NCBI GenBank assembly: GCA_965214705.1
Contig: OZ243972.1
Span: 1,760,001-1,824,000, forward strand
Reading direction: 5' to 3'
From: Alphaproteobacteria bacterium
GTDB lineage: Bacteria; Pseudomonadota; Alphaproteobacteria; UBA828
Length of the DNA: 64,000 nucleotides
Part shown: positions 38,439 to 48,904 of the stretch, one piece after another
Numbering within the stretch: the first letter of the stretch is position 1
Layout of the letters: each line of letters begins with the position of its first letter
Notes under the pieces: generated by a model
The model's input: the letters and a program-made list of their open reading frames with translations, nothing else
Database searches by the model: none
Told to the model about the DNA's origin: nothing
Made by a program: the position numbers and the translations under genes

Positions 38439-39626
38439 ATGAGTCGTATGCACTGGATGAGAAAGACGGCCGTCTCGGCGGTGGTTGCCGGCGCCGTGGC
38501 GTTGGGCGCCCACAGCGGCGCGCGCGCCGAGGCCAATCCCGAACTGATGCTCAAGGCGCTCGGCACCACCGAAGGGATCGGCCCGATCGTCACGGCGACC
38601 TTCGAGCGCGCGAGCGCGGCGCTCAGCGAGGAAGACCGCGCGCTGGCGCTGAAGTGCTGGAGCGAGCAGGTGTGCGAGACCGGCCGCGGCGATCTCACCG
38701 TGGCGCTCGCCGACGGCTTCGGCGAGAACGTCTGGCGCCGCGTGACGCACATGGAGTTCGTCATGCAGGCGCTGAGCTATCCCGAGGTCAGCAAGATCAT
38801 CTATACCTCGGCCCGGGGCGACGCCAGCAAGGCGATCTCCGACATGCGGAGCCTGATCGCGCAAGGCGTCGACATCATCGTGACCTTCCCCGATGCGGGC
38901 CCCGCGCTGCTGCCGACCGCCCAGGAGGCAACTGAGTCCGGCATCACCGTAGTCCCCTACATCGCCGGTCTCGGCGGCACGGCGGGCGAGGACTATCTCA
39001 CCTTCGTCGCTGAGGACCTGTGCGAGCTGGGCCGCCAGTTCGTCCAGTTCGTGGCCGGCGCCAACAGCGAGGAGAGCATCGAGATCGTCGAGCTGGGCGG
39101 CACGCCCGGCAACCAGCTGAGCGCCGCTTGGCAGGCCTGCTCCGAGGCCGAGATGGAGAACAACGCGGCAATGACGCTGCTCGGCAAGGCGGACACCAAC
39201 TGGACCCAGCAGGGAACCTTCGAGGCGATGTCGGGCTTCCTTTCGCAGAACCCCGATATCGACGCGGTGCTCTATGAGTATGCCGACGGCTTCCGCGGGG
39301 GCGTGCGCGCCTATGCTGCAGCCGATCGCGCCATGGACGTAATCGTCACGCTGCGCACCGACGAGCAGGGCCTGTTCTGCGATTGGGAAGAAGTGGGAAA
39401 CCCGAACTTCCGCATCTTCTTTTCCTCGGGCGGCACCTTCCAGGTGCGCATCGCGCTGACCGCCGCCATGGAGGCAAGAGGCGGTGCCGAGATCGGCGCC
39501 CATGTCGACGTGCCCTTCAAGATGAAGGAAGTGCAGCAGGGCATGTGCGATAAGGCGTTGCCGGATCAGATGCCGGTTTCCACGCTCGTGGACACCGACA
39601 TGCTGAACGCGATGTTCAAGGAGTAG
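38439..39626 (+). CDS. Sugar-type ABC substrate-binding protein
   Basis: Signal peptide, ISDMRSLIAQGVDII, NPDIDAV; AAGGAG RBS. Confidence 0.82.
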   Translation: MSRMHWMRKTAVSAVVAGAVALGAHSGARAEANPELMLKALGTTEGIGPIVTATFERASAALSEEDRALALKCWSEQVCETGRGDLTVALADGFGENVWRRVTHMEFVMQALSYPEVSKIIYTSARGDASKAISDMRSLIAQGVDIIVTFPDAGPALLPTAQEATESGITVVPYIAGLGGTAGEDYLTFVAEDLCELGRQFVQFVAGANSEESIEIVELGGTPGNQLSAAWQACSEAEMENNAAMTLLGKADTNWTQQGTFEAMSGFLSQNPDIDAVLYEYADGFRGGVRAYAAADRAMDVIVTLRTDEQGLFCDWEEVGNPNFRIFFSSGGTFQVRIALTAAMEARGGAEIGAHVDVPFKMKEVQQGMCDKALPDQMPVSTLVDTDMLNAMFKE

Positions 39627-39646
39627 TAGCCGAAGCGAACGGCTTG

Positions 39647-39695
39647 ACCGCCGGGCGGAGCGGAAGACGCCGCACCCCGCCCGGCGGTTTCATTT
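39647..39695 (+). terminator. Hairpin after the SBP gene
   Basis: ACCGCCGGGCGG...CCGCCCGGCGGT followed by TTCATTT. Confidence 0.55.
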
Positions 39696-39722
39696 GAACG
39701 ACCGCAGATCGCCGCCGAGAGA

Positions 39723-42293
39723 ATGACCGACCCGTCGCTCCGCCTCACAGGGATCTCCAAGCGCTTCCCCGGTGTCCAGGCGCTCCGCGACGTGAGCCTG
39801 GAATGCGTGGCCGGCGAGGTACATGCTGTGCTTGGCGAGAACGGCTCGGGCAAGAGTACGCTGCTCAAGATCGCGAGCGGCGCGCTGACGGCGGACGACG
39901 GCACGGTGGAAATCCTGGGCAATCGGCTGACCTCGGCCGACACGTCGCAGGCCCATCACTTCGGGCTGGCCACCGTTTACCAGGACAACTCGCTCGTGCC
40001 GGAGCTCACCGTCGCTCAGAACCTCTATCTGGGCACGATGGGCGAAGCGCTGGCCTATCGCAGGCTGGAAACCTGGGCCGAGGAGCAGCTCGCCCCGTAC
40101 GATCTCGCGATCGATGCCTCCGCGCGCGTCGCCACTCTCTCCCCGGCTCAGAGACAGTTTCTGGAGGTGGTGAAGGCGCTGGTTTCGAAGCCGAAGGTGC
40201 TTCTGCTCGACGAGCCGACCGCGTCGCTCGACGTCAACGACGTGGAGACCTTGCACCGCATCGTCCGTCGGATCGTCGCTGAGGGCACGACGGTCGTCTA
40301 CGTCAGCCACCGTCTGCCAGAGATCCTCGACCTCGCCCAGCGCGTGACCGTGCTGCGCGACGGCGAGGGACAGGGCACCTTCGAGACGCAGGCGCTCTCC
40401 GAGGACGACCTCATCGCGCTCATGGTGGGCCGGCCGATCGAGGCGGAGTTCCCGCCCAAACGAGGCGCCGAGGTTCTATCGAGCGACATCTGCCTTTCGG
40501 TGCAGGCGCTCTACGGTGACGCGTTCAGCAACGTCGCCTTCGAAGTGCATCGGGGCGAGATCCTCGGCCTCGCCGGTGCCGAGGGCAACGGCCAACGCGA
40601 GGTGCTCCGCGCCATCGGCGGCTTCGAGGACGGGTCCGGCGCCCTCTCTTGCGAGGGCCGGCGCATCCCGCTTGCAGCACCGCAGCGCGCGCTCGGCGCG
40701 GGCGTGATGATGCTGAGCGGAGACCGGGCCGTCGAATCCATCTATCCGGCTTTGAGCGTGCGCGAGAACATCACGATCCAGGTCCTCAAGGACTTCGCGA
40801 CGGCGAGCGTAATCTCCGGCCGCAAGGAGCGCACGCGCACGCGTGGGATGATCGAGGAGCTCGACATCGTCACCGCGAGCCTCAATCAGTCCATCGTCTC
40901 GCTCTCCGGCGGCAATCAGCAGAAGAGCATGCTGGCGCGGAGCTTCCTGCACGGCGCCAGGGTGGTGCTGATCGACGAGCCGACCCAGGGCGTGGACGCC
41001 GCCGCGCGTTTCGACATTTATCAGGCGGTGAGAGCCAAGGCCGATAGCGGCACCACCTTCGTCATCAAGTCGTCGGATGCGTTGGAACTCGCCGGTCTTT
41101 GCGACCGAGTGCTGGTGTTCTCCCGCGGGCGCCTCATCAAGGAGCTGGTGGGCGATGAGGTGAGCGAGGAGAACATCGTTTCATCGTTCCTGACCTCGCG
41201 GGTGGCGCGCACGAGGGAAGCCACCGCCGCTCCGACCGCGTCCGCTGTGCCTGCAGGCTTCTCGCTCGCACGGGACATGGGACGCCTCGCGCTCGCCCGC
41301 GATCAGTGGTGGACGCCGCATGGCTTTCTCATGTTGCTGATCGTCCTAGTCGGCGCCTACGCCTCGAGCCAGTCCGACGCCTTCCTCTCCCCGCTCAACG
41401 GGCGGCACCTGCTGTTGGCGACCGCACCGCTCGCTCTCGTCGCGATGGCTCAGCTCAACGTGCTGCTCGTCGGCGGCTTCGACATGTCGGTCGGCTCGCT
41501 CATGAGCATGACGGTGGTCGCAGCGTCCTTTCTGATCGGCATGGGAGTGGATATTCCCGTGCTGTTCGGGGGCACGCTCGCCTGCCTGGCCGCCGGTCTC
41601 GCGGTCGGGGTCATCAACGGCACGATGGTGCGGCGGCTCCACATCAACCCGGTCATCACGACCATCGCCATGCTGAGCGTGCTGCAGGGCGTCGCGCTTC
41701 ATTTCAGGCCAGTGCCGACCGGTCTCGTGGAGCCAGACTTCATGTCGGCGCTGCGCACCCGCATCGACTTTCTGCCGGTTTCCTTCCTCGGGCTTATCGC
41801 GATCGCCGTTCTCGGCGATCTCTGGCTCTACCGCACCAAGAGCGGGCTCAGGCTCCGAGCCGTGGGCTTTCACGAGGAGGCCGCGCGGCGCAATGGCATC
41901 AAGACCGGCTTCGTGCACTTCCGCGCCTACGTGATTTCGGGCGGCATCGCGGCGCTCGCCGGGCTCTTTCTCAGCACCGAGGTGGGCGTCGGCCACCCGA
42001 CCGTGGGCGCGACCTACACGCTCACCAGCATCGCCGCTGCGGTGCTGGGCGGTGCCGCGCTCTCCGGCGGGCGCGGGTCCTTCTCGGGCGCGCTGCTGGG
42101 CGCGATCTTCTTCACGTTGATCGTCAACATCATGCCGTTCCTCGCGGTCAATACCGCGCTCGGCGTCATCGTCAGTGGTGCATTGACTCTGCTGGCCGTC
42201 CTTCTCTATTCCGGGCGTCTGCCGACCGGCCGCGTGGGTCACCTCCTGCGCGTCCTTGCCAGTCGCCGCTCCACCCCAACGCAACGGGTATGA
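39723..42293 (+). CDS. Fused double-ATPase plus permease of a sugar-type ABC transporter
   Basis: GENGSGKST, LDEPTASL, LSGGNQQK, DEPTQGVD, then GFDMSVG...IAAAVLGG permease in one ORF. Confidence 0.88.
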   Translation: MTDPSLRLTGISKRFPGVQALRDVSLECVAGEVHAVLGENGSGKSTLLKIASGALTADDGTVEILGNRLTSADTSQAHHFGLATVYQDNSLVPELTVAQNLYLGTMGEALAYRRLETWAEEQLAPYDLAIDASARVATLSPAQRQFLEVVKALVSKPKVLLLDEPTASLDVNDVETLHRIVRRIVAEGTTVVYVSHRLPEILDLAQRVTVLRDGEGQGTFETQALSEDDLIALMVGRPIEAEFPPKRGAEVLSSDICLSVQALYGDAFSNVAFEVHRGEILGLAGAEGNGQREVLRAIGGFEDGSGALSCEGRRIPLAAPQRALGAGVMMLSGDRAVESIYPALSVRENITIQVLKDFATASVISGRKERTRTRGMIEELDIVTASLNQSIVSLSGGNQQKSMLARSFLHGARVVLIDEPTQGVDAAARFDIYQAVRAKADSGTTFVIKSSDALELAGLCDRVLVFSRGRLIKELVGDEVSEENIVSSFLTSRVARTREATAAPTASAVPAGFSLARDMGRLALARDQWWTPHGFLMLLIVLVGAYASSQSDAFLSPLNGRHLLLATAPLALVAMAQLNVLLVGGFDMSVGSLMSMTVVAASFLIGMGVDIPVLFGGTLACLAAGLAVGVINGTMVRRLHINPVITTIAMLSVLQGVALHFRPVPTGLVEPDFMSALRTRIDFLPVSFLGLIAIAVLGDLWLYRTKSGLRLRAVGFHEEAARRNGIKTGFVHFRAYVISGGIAALAGLFLSTEVGVGHPTVGATYTLTSIAAAVLGGAALSGGRGSFSGALLGAIFFTLIVNIMPFLAVNTALGVIVSGALTLLAVLLYSGRLPTGRVGHLLRVLASRRSTPTQRV

Positions 42294-42297
42294 GGTC

Positions 42298-43971
42298 ATG
42301 ACAGAGCTTTCGCCGATCCCGCAACGCGAATCAGCCCGCCCGGCCGCCGCGCGCGGCCCTTATGACGGCGCCTTCGACATCGTCTGCGTCGGCGCAGGCG
42401 CCGGCGGCCTAGCGACAGCCCTCTTCTCGCGCTGGCTCGGCAACAGCGTGCTGATCCTGGAGAAGGCGCCGGAGGTCGGCGGCACGACGCGCAAGGCCGC
42501 CTTCTGGTACTGGGTGCCCAACAACCAGGCGATGCGCGACAAGGGCATGGAGGACCCGCGCGAAGACTGCTTGCGCTACATGGCGCGCCTCTCGCGACCC
42601 GAGTGCTACGACCCCTCGGATCCCCACCTCGGTATGCCCGCGTGGGAGTACGCGATGTTCGAGGCGATCTACGACAACGCCTCGACAGCGACCGAGCTCT
42701 TGAAGGAGAAGGGCGCGCTCGACTACCGGCATTGCGACTTCGTGCCGGACTACTGGGCCGAACTGCCGGAGGACAAAGCGCCCACGGGCCGCGTCCTGGT
42801 CCCGGTGGACGCGAGGGACACGATGTCCGACGGCGGCCTGCGCGCGGTGGAATCGATGTCGCGTGCGGCTACCGAGGCCGGCGTCGATATCCGCACCGGG
42901 CATCGGGTACAGCGCGTCATCCGCAACCTCGCGGGGGATGTCGTCGGTGTCGAGGCCAGCGCCGGCAACGGTGCAGCGCGGCGCTTCCACGCCCGCAAGG
43001 CCGTGGTCTTCTGCACCGGCGGCTTCACCCACAACGTAGAGATCCGCAAGAACTTCCTGAACGTGCCGATCTACGGCGGCTGTGCCGCGAAGACCAACGA
43101 GGGGGACTTCATCCCGATTGCCGGCAGCGTGGGCGCTCAGTTGCGCAACATGAATTACGCCTGGATGTGCCCGATCGTGCTGGAGAAGGCGATTGCCGGC
43201 GATCCCACGTTGATCGGCACCTTCTCGCCCTCGGGCGATTCCATGATCTACGTGAGCAAGCAGGGCCACCGGGTCGCCAACGAGAAGCTCGCCTACAATG
43301 AGATGGCGCAGAAGTTCTTCGAGTGGAGCCCGACGGCCGGGGAATATCCCAACCTTGTGTTGATCGCGGTCTGGGACCAACGCAGCCAGGACCACTGCGC
43401 GAGCGACGAGTACGGTCGCTTCATCGTGCCACCCGGCGTGGACGATGCCCATGTCATCAAGGGCGAGACCCTGGGCGCGCTAAGCCAGGCCATCAGCGAG
43501 CGGCTCGGGCGTTACGAGGCCGAGACCGGCGGCATCCGGCTCTCAGCGGACTTCGAGGCAAACCTCAAGGCAGCGATTGTGCGCTTCAACAGCTTCGCCG
43601 AGACCGGCAAGGACCTGGATTTTCGTCGTGGCGAGCGCCAGGTCGAGCAGCTGTTTAACGGGCCGGTGGCGGAGGAGCCGTCCGCGCCCAACCCAACGAT
43701 GTATCCGATCAGCGGCGAGGGACCCTACTACGCGGCGCTGCTTTCCGGCGGGACTCTCGACACCAAGGGTGGAGCCAAGGCTGCGCCCACCGGCAAGATC
43801 CTCGACGACACCGATACGCCGATTACGGGGCTCTACGGCGTCGGCAACTGCGTCGCGTCCGCTTCGGCCCGCGCCTACTGGGCCGGTGGCGCCACCCTCG
43901 GGCCGATTCTGGCCTTCGCCTATCTGGCCGCGAACGAGGCCGACCGCGAAACGCCGAAGCTCACCAACTAG
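42298..43971 (+). CDS. FAD-dependent oxidoreductase, 3-ketosteroid-delta1-dehydrogenase/fumarate-reductase-like
   Basis: VGAGAGG, LEK...GGTT, TGGF, GTLDTKGG, ITGLYGVGN, YWAGGATLG. Confidence 0.8.
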   Translation: MTELSPIPQRESARPAAARGPYDGAFDIVCVGAGAGGLATALFSRWLGNSVLILEKAPEVGGTTRKAAFWYWVPNNQAMRDKGMEDPREDCLRYMARLSRPECYDPSDPHLGMPAWEYAMFEAIYDNASTATELLKEKGALDYRHCDFVPDYWAELPEDKAPTGRVLVPVDARDTMSDGGLRAVESMSRAATEAGVDIRTGHRVQRVIRNLAGDVVGVEASAGNGAARRFHARKAVVFCTGGFTHNVEIRKNFLNVPIYGGCAAKTNEGDFIPIAGSVGAQLRNMNYAWMCPIVLEKAIAGDPTLIGTFSPSGDSMIYVSKQGHRVANEKLAYNEMAQKFFEWSPTAGEYPNLVLIAVWDQRSQDHCASDEYGRFIVPPGVDDAHVIKGETLGALSQAISERLGRYEAETGGIRLSADFEANLKAAIVRFNSFAETGKDLDFRRGERQVEQLFNGPVAEEPSAPNPTMYPISGEGPYYAALLSGGTLDTKGGAKAAPTGKILDDTDTPITGLYGVGNCVASASARAYWAGGATLGPILAFAYLAANEADRETPKLTN

Positions 43972-44021
43972 GGCTCCCGCCCGGACACCTGAAAGAGACT
44001 GAACGCACAAGGAGAATCAAC

Positions 44022-44486
44022 ATGGCGCTTTGCACGCAGACGATGACCGACGAGCAGCGTAAGTCGGTTGCCCTCGAGTACCTCAAGGCCTTCGACAACG
44101 GCGGTGTGACGTCCACCGGCGGCAGCATCCTCGACCTGTTCGCAGACGATGCGCAGGTCTACTTCCCGAAGTGGGGCATCGCCACCGGCAAGGAAGAGAT
44201 CGGCCAAATGTTCACGGACGTGGGCGGCACCATCAAGTCGATCTTGCACCACTATTCGCATTTCAACTACATCTTCTCCGGCAGCGACTATCTCGTGGTC
44301 GAAGGCACCAGCCACGGCGAGCACCGCGACGGTCCCTGGCGCGCCGGCGTGCCCGAGCACGGCGCCGGCCGCTGGTGCGATGTGTTCGAGATCCGCGACT
44401 GGAAGATCCAGCGCTGCTTCATCTACCTCGACCCCGATTACGCCGGCGGCGACAACGGGCGCTACCCCTGGCTCGCCGACAGGTAG
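44022..44486 (+). CDS. SnoaL/NTF2-family protein
   Basis: LFADDA, VVEGTS.G, WCDVFEIRD.KIQR.FIYLDPD; AAGGAG RBS. Confidence 0.8.
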   Translation: MALCTQTMTDEQRKSVALEYLKAFDNGGVTSTGGSILDLFADDAQVYFPKWGIATGKEEIGQMFTDVGGTIKSILHHYSHFNYIFSGSDYLVVEGTSHGEHRDGPWRAGVPEHGAGRWCDVFEIRDWKIQRCFIYLDPDYAGGDNGRYPWLADR

Positions 44487-44635
44487 GCGTGGGCGGGCGC
44501 CCCGAGGCTGGGCTGGTCCTTCCCCATCGGATTGGTCCAGAATTCAGGTAGCAGGTCACGGCTTCTCGGCCAGGCGCGGCGGCCGGCGGAGTGGGACCGG
44601 GGCGGTCGAGCCCGTTCTGCTGAGCGGAGGCTTGA

Positions 44636-46795
44636 CCCAAGTTGGCACTTTTTCCGACCAGCCGAGCCTGTTCGAGCCAGTTTTGCGGCGCTGAACCACT
44701 AGATGTTGGGGTTGGAGGACACCTGAGACCCACATTTGCCATTCGTGGTCCTGGAAGCCAATTGTGGGGCCAGGACTTTGGAGTTGAGTCGATATCCCTC
44801 TTGCCAGATGCCGCGAACGCCGTGTATGCGAAACAGGCATCGCAGAAACGGCGCCGCCATGTACATCAAGGCAACCAGGACACACACCGACAAGGCCGGC
44901 CAGCCGGTCCGAAGCCATCGCCTCGTGCTCGCCCAGCGCGTCGGCGACAAGGTGCGCCACAGGACGCTGCTCAATCTCGGCACCGACTATCCGGTGCCGC
45001 GCGAGAAGTGGAAGGCCGTCACCGAACTCGCCGAGGCGCTGCTTCACGGCAAGCCGCCGCTGTTCGAGGGCGAGGCGGATGTGCGGGCCGCAGCCGAGGA
45101 CATCGTCGCCAAGCTCAGGGCCAGGGGGTTCCGCGTCGAGGCGATGCAGGAAGAGGCGCGCAAGCCCGACATCGCCACCGTCGACCTCGATACCCTGGAG
45201 CACGAGAACCCGCGCACGGTCGGCTGCGAGCGCCTGTGCCTCAAGGCCCTCGACGCCCTCGGCTTCGCCGAAATCCTCCACGGCCTCGACATCAAGGGCC
45301 GCGACGGGCGCATCGCCAGCGCGCTGATCGTCGCCAGGATGGTCCATCCCGCCAGCGAGCGTGATACCAGCCGCTGGCTCCGCCACGACAGCGCGGCCGC
45401 CGAGCTCCTGGGCCTGGAGGGCGACCGCAAGGCGCTGCGGCGCAAGACGCTCTACCGCATCGGCGACCTGCTCTGGCGCCACCGCGCCGCCATCCAGCGG
45501 GAGCTGTTCAACCGTGAGCGCGCACTGCTCGACCTGCCCGAGACGATCGCCTTCTACGATCTCACCAACGTCCACTACCACGGCCACACGGGCGGCGAGC
45601 TTCCCAGGTTCGGGCGCTCCAAGCAGAAGCGCGACGACTGTCCCCTCATCACGCTGGCGCTGGCGCTCGACGGCGCGGGCTTCCCGCGCAGTTGCGAGAT
45701 CCTGCCGGGCAACGTGAGCGAGCCGGGCACGCTGCACGAGGCGCTGGCGCGGCTCGAGGCGGTGTGCGGCGGCACGGCGCCGAAGCCCACGGTGGTCATG
45801 GACGCGGGCATCGCCACCGAGAAAAACATCGCGTGGCTGGGCGAGCAGGGCTACGACTGGATCGCGGTCAGCCGCGGTGCCAGGCCTGCGCCGCCCGAGG
45901 GCGGACCCGAGGCCCTGCTGATCACCAGCGCGCGCCACGAGGTGCGGGCCTGGCGGCTTGCCAGCGAGGACGGCGAGGCGCGGCTCTACGTCGTCAGCGA
46001 GGGCAAGAAGAAGGCCGAGAACGCGATCATCGGCCTGAGGCGGAACCGCTTCGAGGCGGCGCTGGAAAGGCTCCACGGCGGCCTCCCGGTCAAGGGCCGC
46101 CTCAAGCGCTACGACAAGGTGCTGGAGAGCATAGGCCGCCTCAAGCAGCGCTTCTCCGCCGTCGCCAGGCACTACGAGATCACGGTCGAGAGGGCGAAAA
46201 CCGGCCCCAATGCCACCGCCGTGCGCTTCAAGCGCAGGCCGCGATACGACGAGGCCGATGAGGGCGCCGGTGCCTATGTGCTGCGCACCAGCCACGTCGA
46301 CTGGGACATCGAGACGGTCCTGCGGACGTACTGGCGGATCACGGATATCGAGGCGACATTCCGGAGCCTGAAATCCGAGCTCGGCCTTCGCCCGATCTGG
46401 CACCAGCTCGACCGGCGCATCGCGGCCCACCTGCTGATCGCCGTGCTGGCCTACCACGCCGTGCATCTGATCCGTACCCGGCTGGCCGCGCGCGGCATCC
46501 ACAAGTGCTGGGCGTCGATCCGCGAGAGCATGCGGACCTGGGTGCGGATCACCACGCGCCTGCGCCAGACCGACGGCACCTTGATCGTCAACCGCCAGGA
46601 CACGCGCCCGGCCGCCGAGGTTGCCGCAATCTCCTCGGCGGCGGGCGTGGACCCCGCCATCCACCGCACGAGGACCCGTCTGATGAGCTGACAGAATCTC
46701 ACAAAATGTGGGGCCATGTTGGAATCGACCGAGAAAAATATCGCGTTGAATCAAACCAATAGGGAACACAGGCAGCGGAAAAGTGCCAACTTGGG
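44636..46795 (+). mobile_element. IS1634-family insertion sequence
   Basis: IRs CCCAAGTTGGCACTTTT / AAAAGTGCCAACTTGGG (17 bp perfect); no target duplication. Confidence 0.88.
44859..46691 (+). CDS. IS1634-family DDE transposase
   Basis: RTLLNLG, FYDLTN, RFGRSKQKR.DCP, VMDAGI, IEATFRSLKSELGLRPIWHQ. Confidence 0.9.
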   Translation: MYIKATRTHTDKAGQPVRSHRLVLAQRVGDKVRHRTLLNLGTDYPVPREKWKAVTELAEALLHGKPPLFEGEADVRAAAEDIVAKLRARGFRVEAMQEEARKPDIATVDLDTLEHENPRTVGCERLCLKALDALGFAEILHGLDIKGRDGRIASALIVARMVHPASERDTSRWLRHDSAAAELLGLEGDRKALRRKTLYRIGDLLWRHRAAIQRELFNRERALLDLPETIAFYDLTNVHYHGHTGGELPRFGRSKQKRDDCPLITLALALDGAGFPRSCEILPGNVSEPGTLHEALARLEAVCGGTAPKPTVVMDAGIATEKNIAWLGEQGYDWIAVSRGARPAPPEGGPEALLITSARHEVRAWRLASEDGEARLYVVSEGKKKAENAIIGLRRNRFEAALERLHGGLPVKGRLKRYDKVLESIGRLKQRFSAVARHYEITVERAKTGPNATAVRFKRRPRYDEADEGAGAYVLRTSHVDWDIETVLRTYWRITDIEATFRSLKSELGLRPIWHQLDRRIAAHLLIAVLAYHAVHLIRTRLAARGIHKCWASIRESMRTWVRITTRLRQTDGTLIVNRQDTRPAAEVAAISSAAGVDPAIHRTRTRLMS

Positions 46796-47176
46796 TGGAG
46801 CAACATCAACCTCACCGCAGACGACGATGGCGAGCGGGTCTGGTTCGTCGACTGGGAGTTCGCCGGGTTCACGGTGGATCTGTTCGATCTCGGGGTGCTG
46901 GCCATGAACATCGAGATCAGGCCGGACGAGATCGACCCTTATCTCGAGACCTATTTCGAGACGCCGGCCACCGATGAGCTGCGCCACCGCTTCGCGGCTG
47001 CGACGGTCGTTTCCGCCATCCGCGAGACCACCTGGAGCTTCGTCTCCGAGGTGATGGACAAGCCCATCGACTTCGACTTTCGCATCTACTCCACGATGAA
47101 CGCGGAGCGTTACGAGCGCATGTACGCCGAGTACTGCGACACCTACGACGCCTCGGGGTAGCGGAGGAACCGATCG

Positions 47177-48064
47177 ATGAGCGAAGAGAGACAGCCTGAC
47201 GAGACCTGCCGCGTCGCCGTGGAGGGCGGCGAGGTGGCCGTCTACAGCTTTGGTGAAGGCGAGCGGGTGCTGCTCATTCTTCACGGCGGCCCCGGCCTGC
47301 CCTGCGATTATGTGCGGGACAGCCACTCGGTAATGGCGGACCACGGCTGGCGTGTGGTGGCCTACGACCAGCTCGGCTGCGGCGAGTCGGACAAGCCGGG
47401 CGACACCTCGCTCTACAACGTACCCCGCTACGTTGACGAGGTCGAAGCGGTGCGGAGCGCACTCGGGCTGGGCCGCGTCCACCTTCTCGGGCAATCGTGG
47501 GGAACCTGGCTGGCGACGGACTACTGCCTGAAACACCAGGAGAACGTCGCGTCCTATGTGATCGCCAACGGCTCGGGCTGCGTGCCGCACACGGTCGCGG
47601 AGATGAAGCGCCTGCGCGCTGCCCTGGGGCCCGAGACGGTGGCCATGATGCAGCGCCACGAGGCGCAGGGAACCACCGACCACCCCACTTACGAGGCCGC
47701 CATCACGATCCTGTACCACAGGCACCTGTGCCGGCTCGACGCGTGGCCCGCGCCGCTGCAACGCTCGCTCGACGGCATCAACATGGATGTCTACGGCACG
47801 ATGTGGGGACCCAACGAGTTCTGCTGCGTCGGCACGCTCAAGGATTGGGACCGGCTCGCTGAGATGGGGCGCATCGCGGTGCCTTGCCTGATCGTGAGCG
47901 GCCTCCACGACGAGCTCACGCCCGAAGGCGCCATGCTCATGCAGGACGTGCTGCCGAACGCGACGAGCATGGTCTTTCCCAACAGCTCGCACACGCCGTT
48001 CTTCGAGGAGCCCGAAGCTTACTTCGCGGCGCTGCGCGACTTCCTCGATCGCCAGTCCGGCTGA
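47177..48064 (+). CDS. Proline-iminopeptidase-family alpha/beta hydrolase (amidase)
   Basis: HGGPG, YDQLGCG.SD.P, GQSWG, MWGPNEF, SSH..F.EEP. Confidence 0.88.
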   Translation: MSEERQPDETCRVAVEGGEVAVYSFGEGERVLLILHGGPGLPCDYVRDSHSVMADHGWRVVAYDQLGCGESDKPGDTSLYNVPRYVDEVEAVRSALGLGRVHLLGQSWGTWLATDYCLKHQENVASYVIANGSGCVPHTVAEMKRLRAALGPETVAMMQRHEAQGTTDHPTYEAAITILYHRHLCRLDAWPAPLQRSLDGINMDVYGTMWGPNEFCCVGTLKDWDRLAEMGRIAVPCLIVSGLHDELTPEGAMLMQDVLPNATSMVFPNSSHTPFFEEPEAYFAALRDFLDRQSG

Positions 48065-48077
48065 CCACCGTCGCCGT

Positions 48078-48863
48078 TCAGTGGATGCTCAGGCCGGCGC
48101 AGACGTTGATCGCCTGGCCGGTGACGTAACGGCCGGGATCGCCGGCCAGATAGACCGCCATCTCGGCGATCGCAGTCGGCGGGATCAGGGCGCTCAGCAT
48201 GTTGGTGCGCATGCTCTCGTCATAGACCTTCTCGTAGGGCTCGCCGAGATCGCGCGCCATGTCCTCGTGCAGCGCCACCGCCATCTTGGTTTCGATCCAG
48301 CCGGGACAGATGGCGTTGACCCGGATGTTGTGCTCGCCCACCTCGGCGGCGAGACAGCGCACGAAGCCGACCAGGCCGTGCTTGGTCGTGTTGTAGGCGG
48401 TCCACTCCGCATCCGCCGTCTTGGCGTTGGTGGACGCGTTGAAGAGCTGCACGCCGCCTGCGCCCTGCTCGATCATCGCCGGCAACGTGTGCTTGGAGAC
48501 CAGGTACGGCGCCTTCAGGTTGACCGCCATGATCCAGTCCCACATGGCCTCGTCCATGTCGACGACCTTCTTGACGTCGGCGACCCCGGCGTTGTTCACG
48601 ACCACGTCGATGCCGCCGAGCCGCTCGACGGCGGCCTTGCACATCGCCTCGATGGCCGCGGCGTCGGTCAGATCGGCCGGCGCGGCGAAGGCCTTGCCGC
48701 CGGCATCGGCGATAGCGTCGAGTGTCTCCGCCGCCCGTTCCTCGCTCCGCGCGTGGACCGCGACCGTCGCCCCTTCTCGCGCGTAGGCCTCAGCGATGGC
48801 GCGCCCGATGCCGCTTGCCGCGCCAGTAACCAGCGTCCGCTTACCCTCCAGACCGACTTTCAT
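48078..48863 (-). CDS. Short-chain dehydrogenase/reductase
   Basis: TGAASGIG, NNAG, YNTTK, VNAICPG. Confidence 0.92.
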   Translation of the reverse strand: MKVGLEGKRTLVTGAASGIGRAIAEAYAREGATVAVHARSEERAAETLDAIADAGGKAFAAPADLTDAAAIEAMCKAAVERLGGIDVVVNNAGVADVKKVVDMDEAMWDWIMAVNLKAPYLVSKHTLPAMIEQGAGGVQLFNASTNAKTADAEWTAYNTTKHGLVGFVRCLAAEVGEHNIRVNAICPGWIETKMAVALHEDMARDLGEPYEKVYDESMRTNMLSALIPPTAIAEMAVYLAGDPGRYVTGQAINVCAGLSIH

Positions 48864-48904
48864 GGCTTTCTCCCCGAAGCTGCCGACATCGCGACCAGCT
48901 TAGC

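Larger units (their letters stand above)
44570..47161 (+). pseudogene. Choline/aminoglycoside phosphotransferase-like gene split by IS1634, central part lost
   Basis: Left flank VEPVLLSGGL(T); right flank from 46796 WSNI...RVWFVDWEFAG...FDL...RETTWS; start not identified. Confidence 0.6.
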
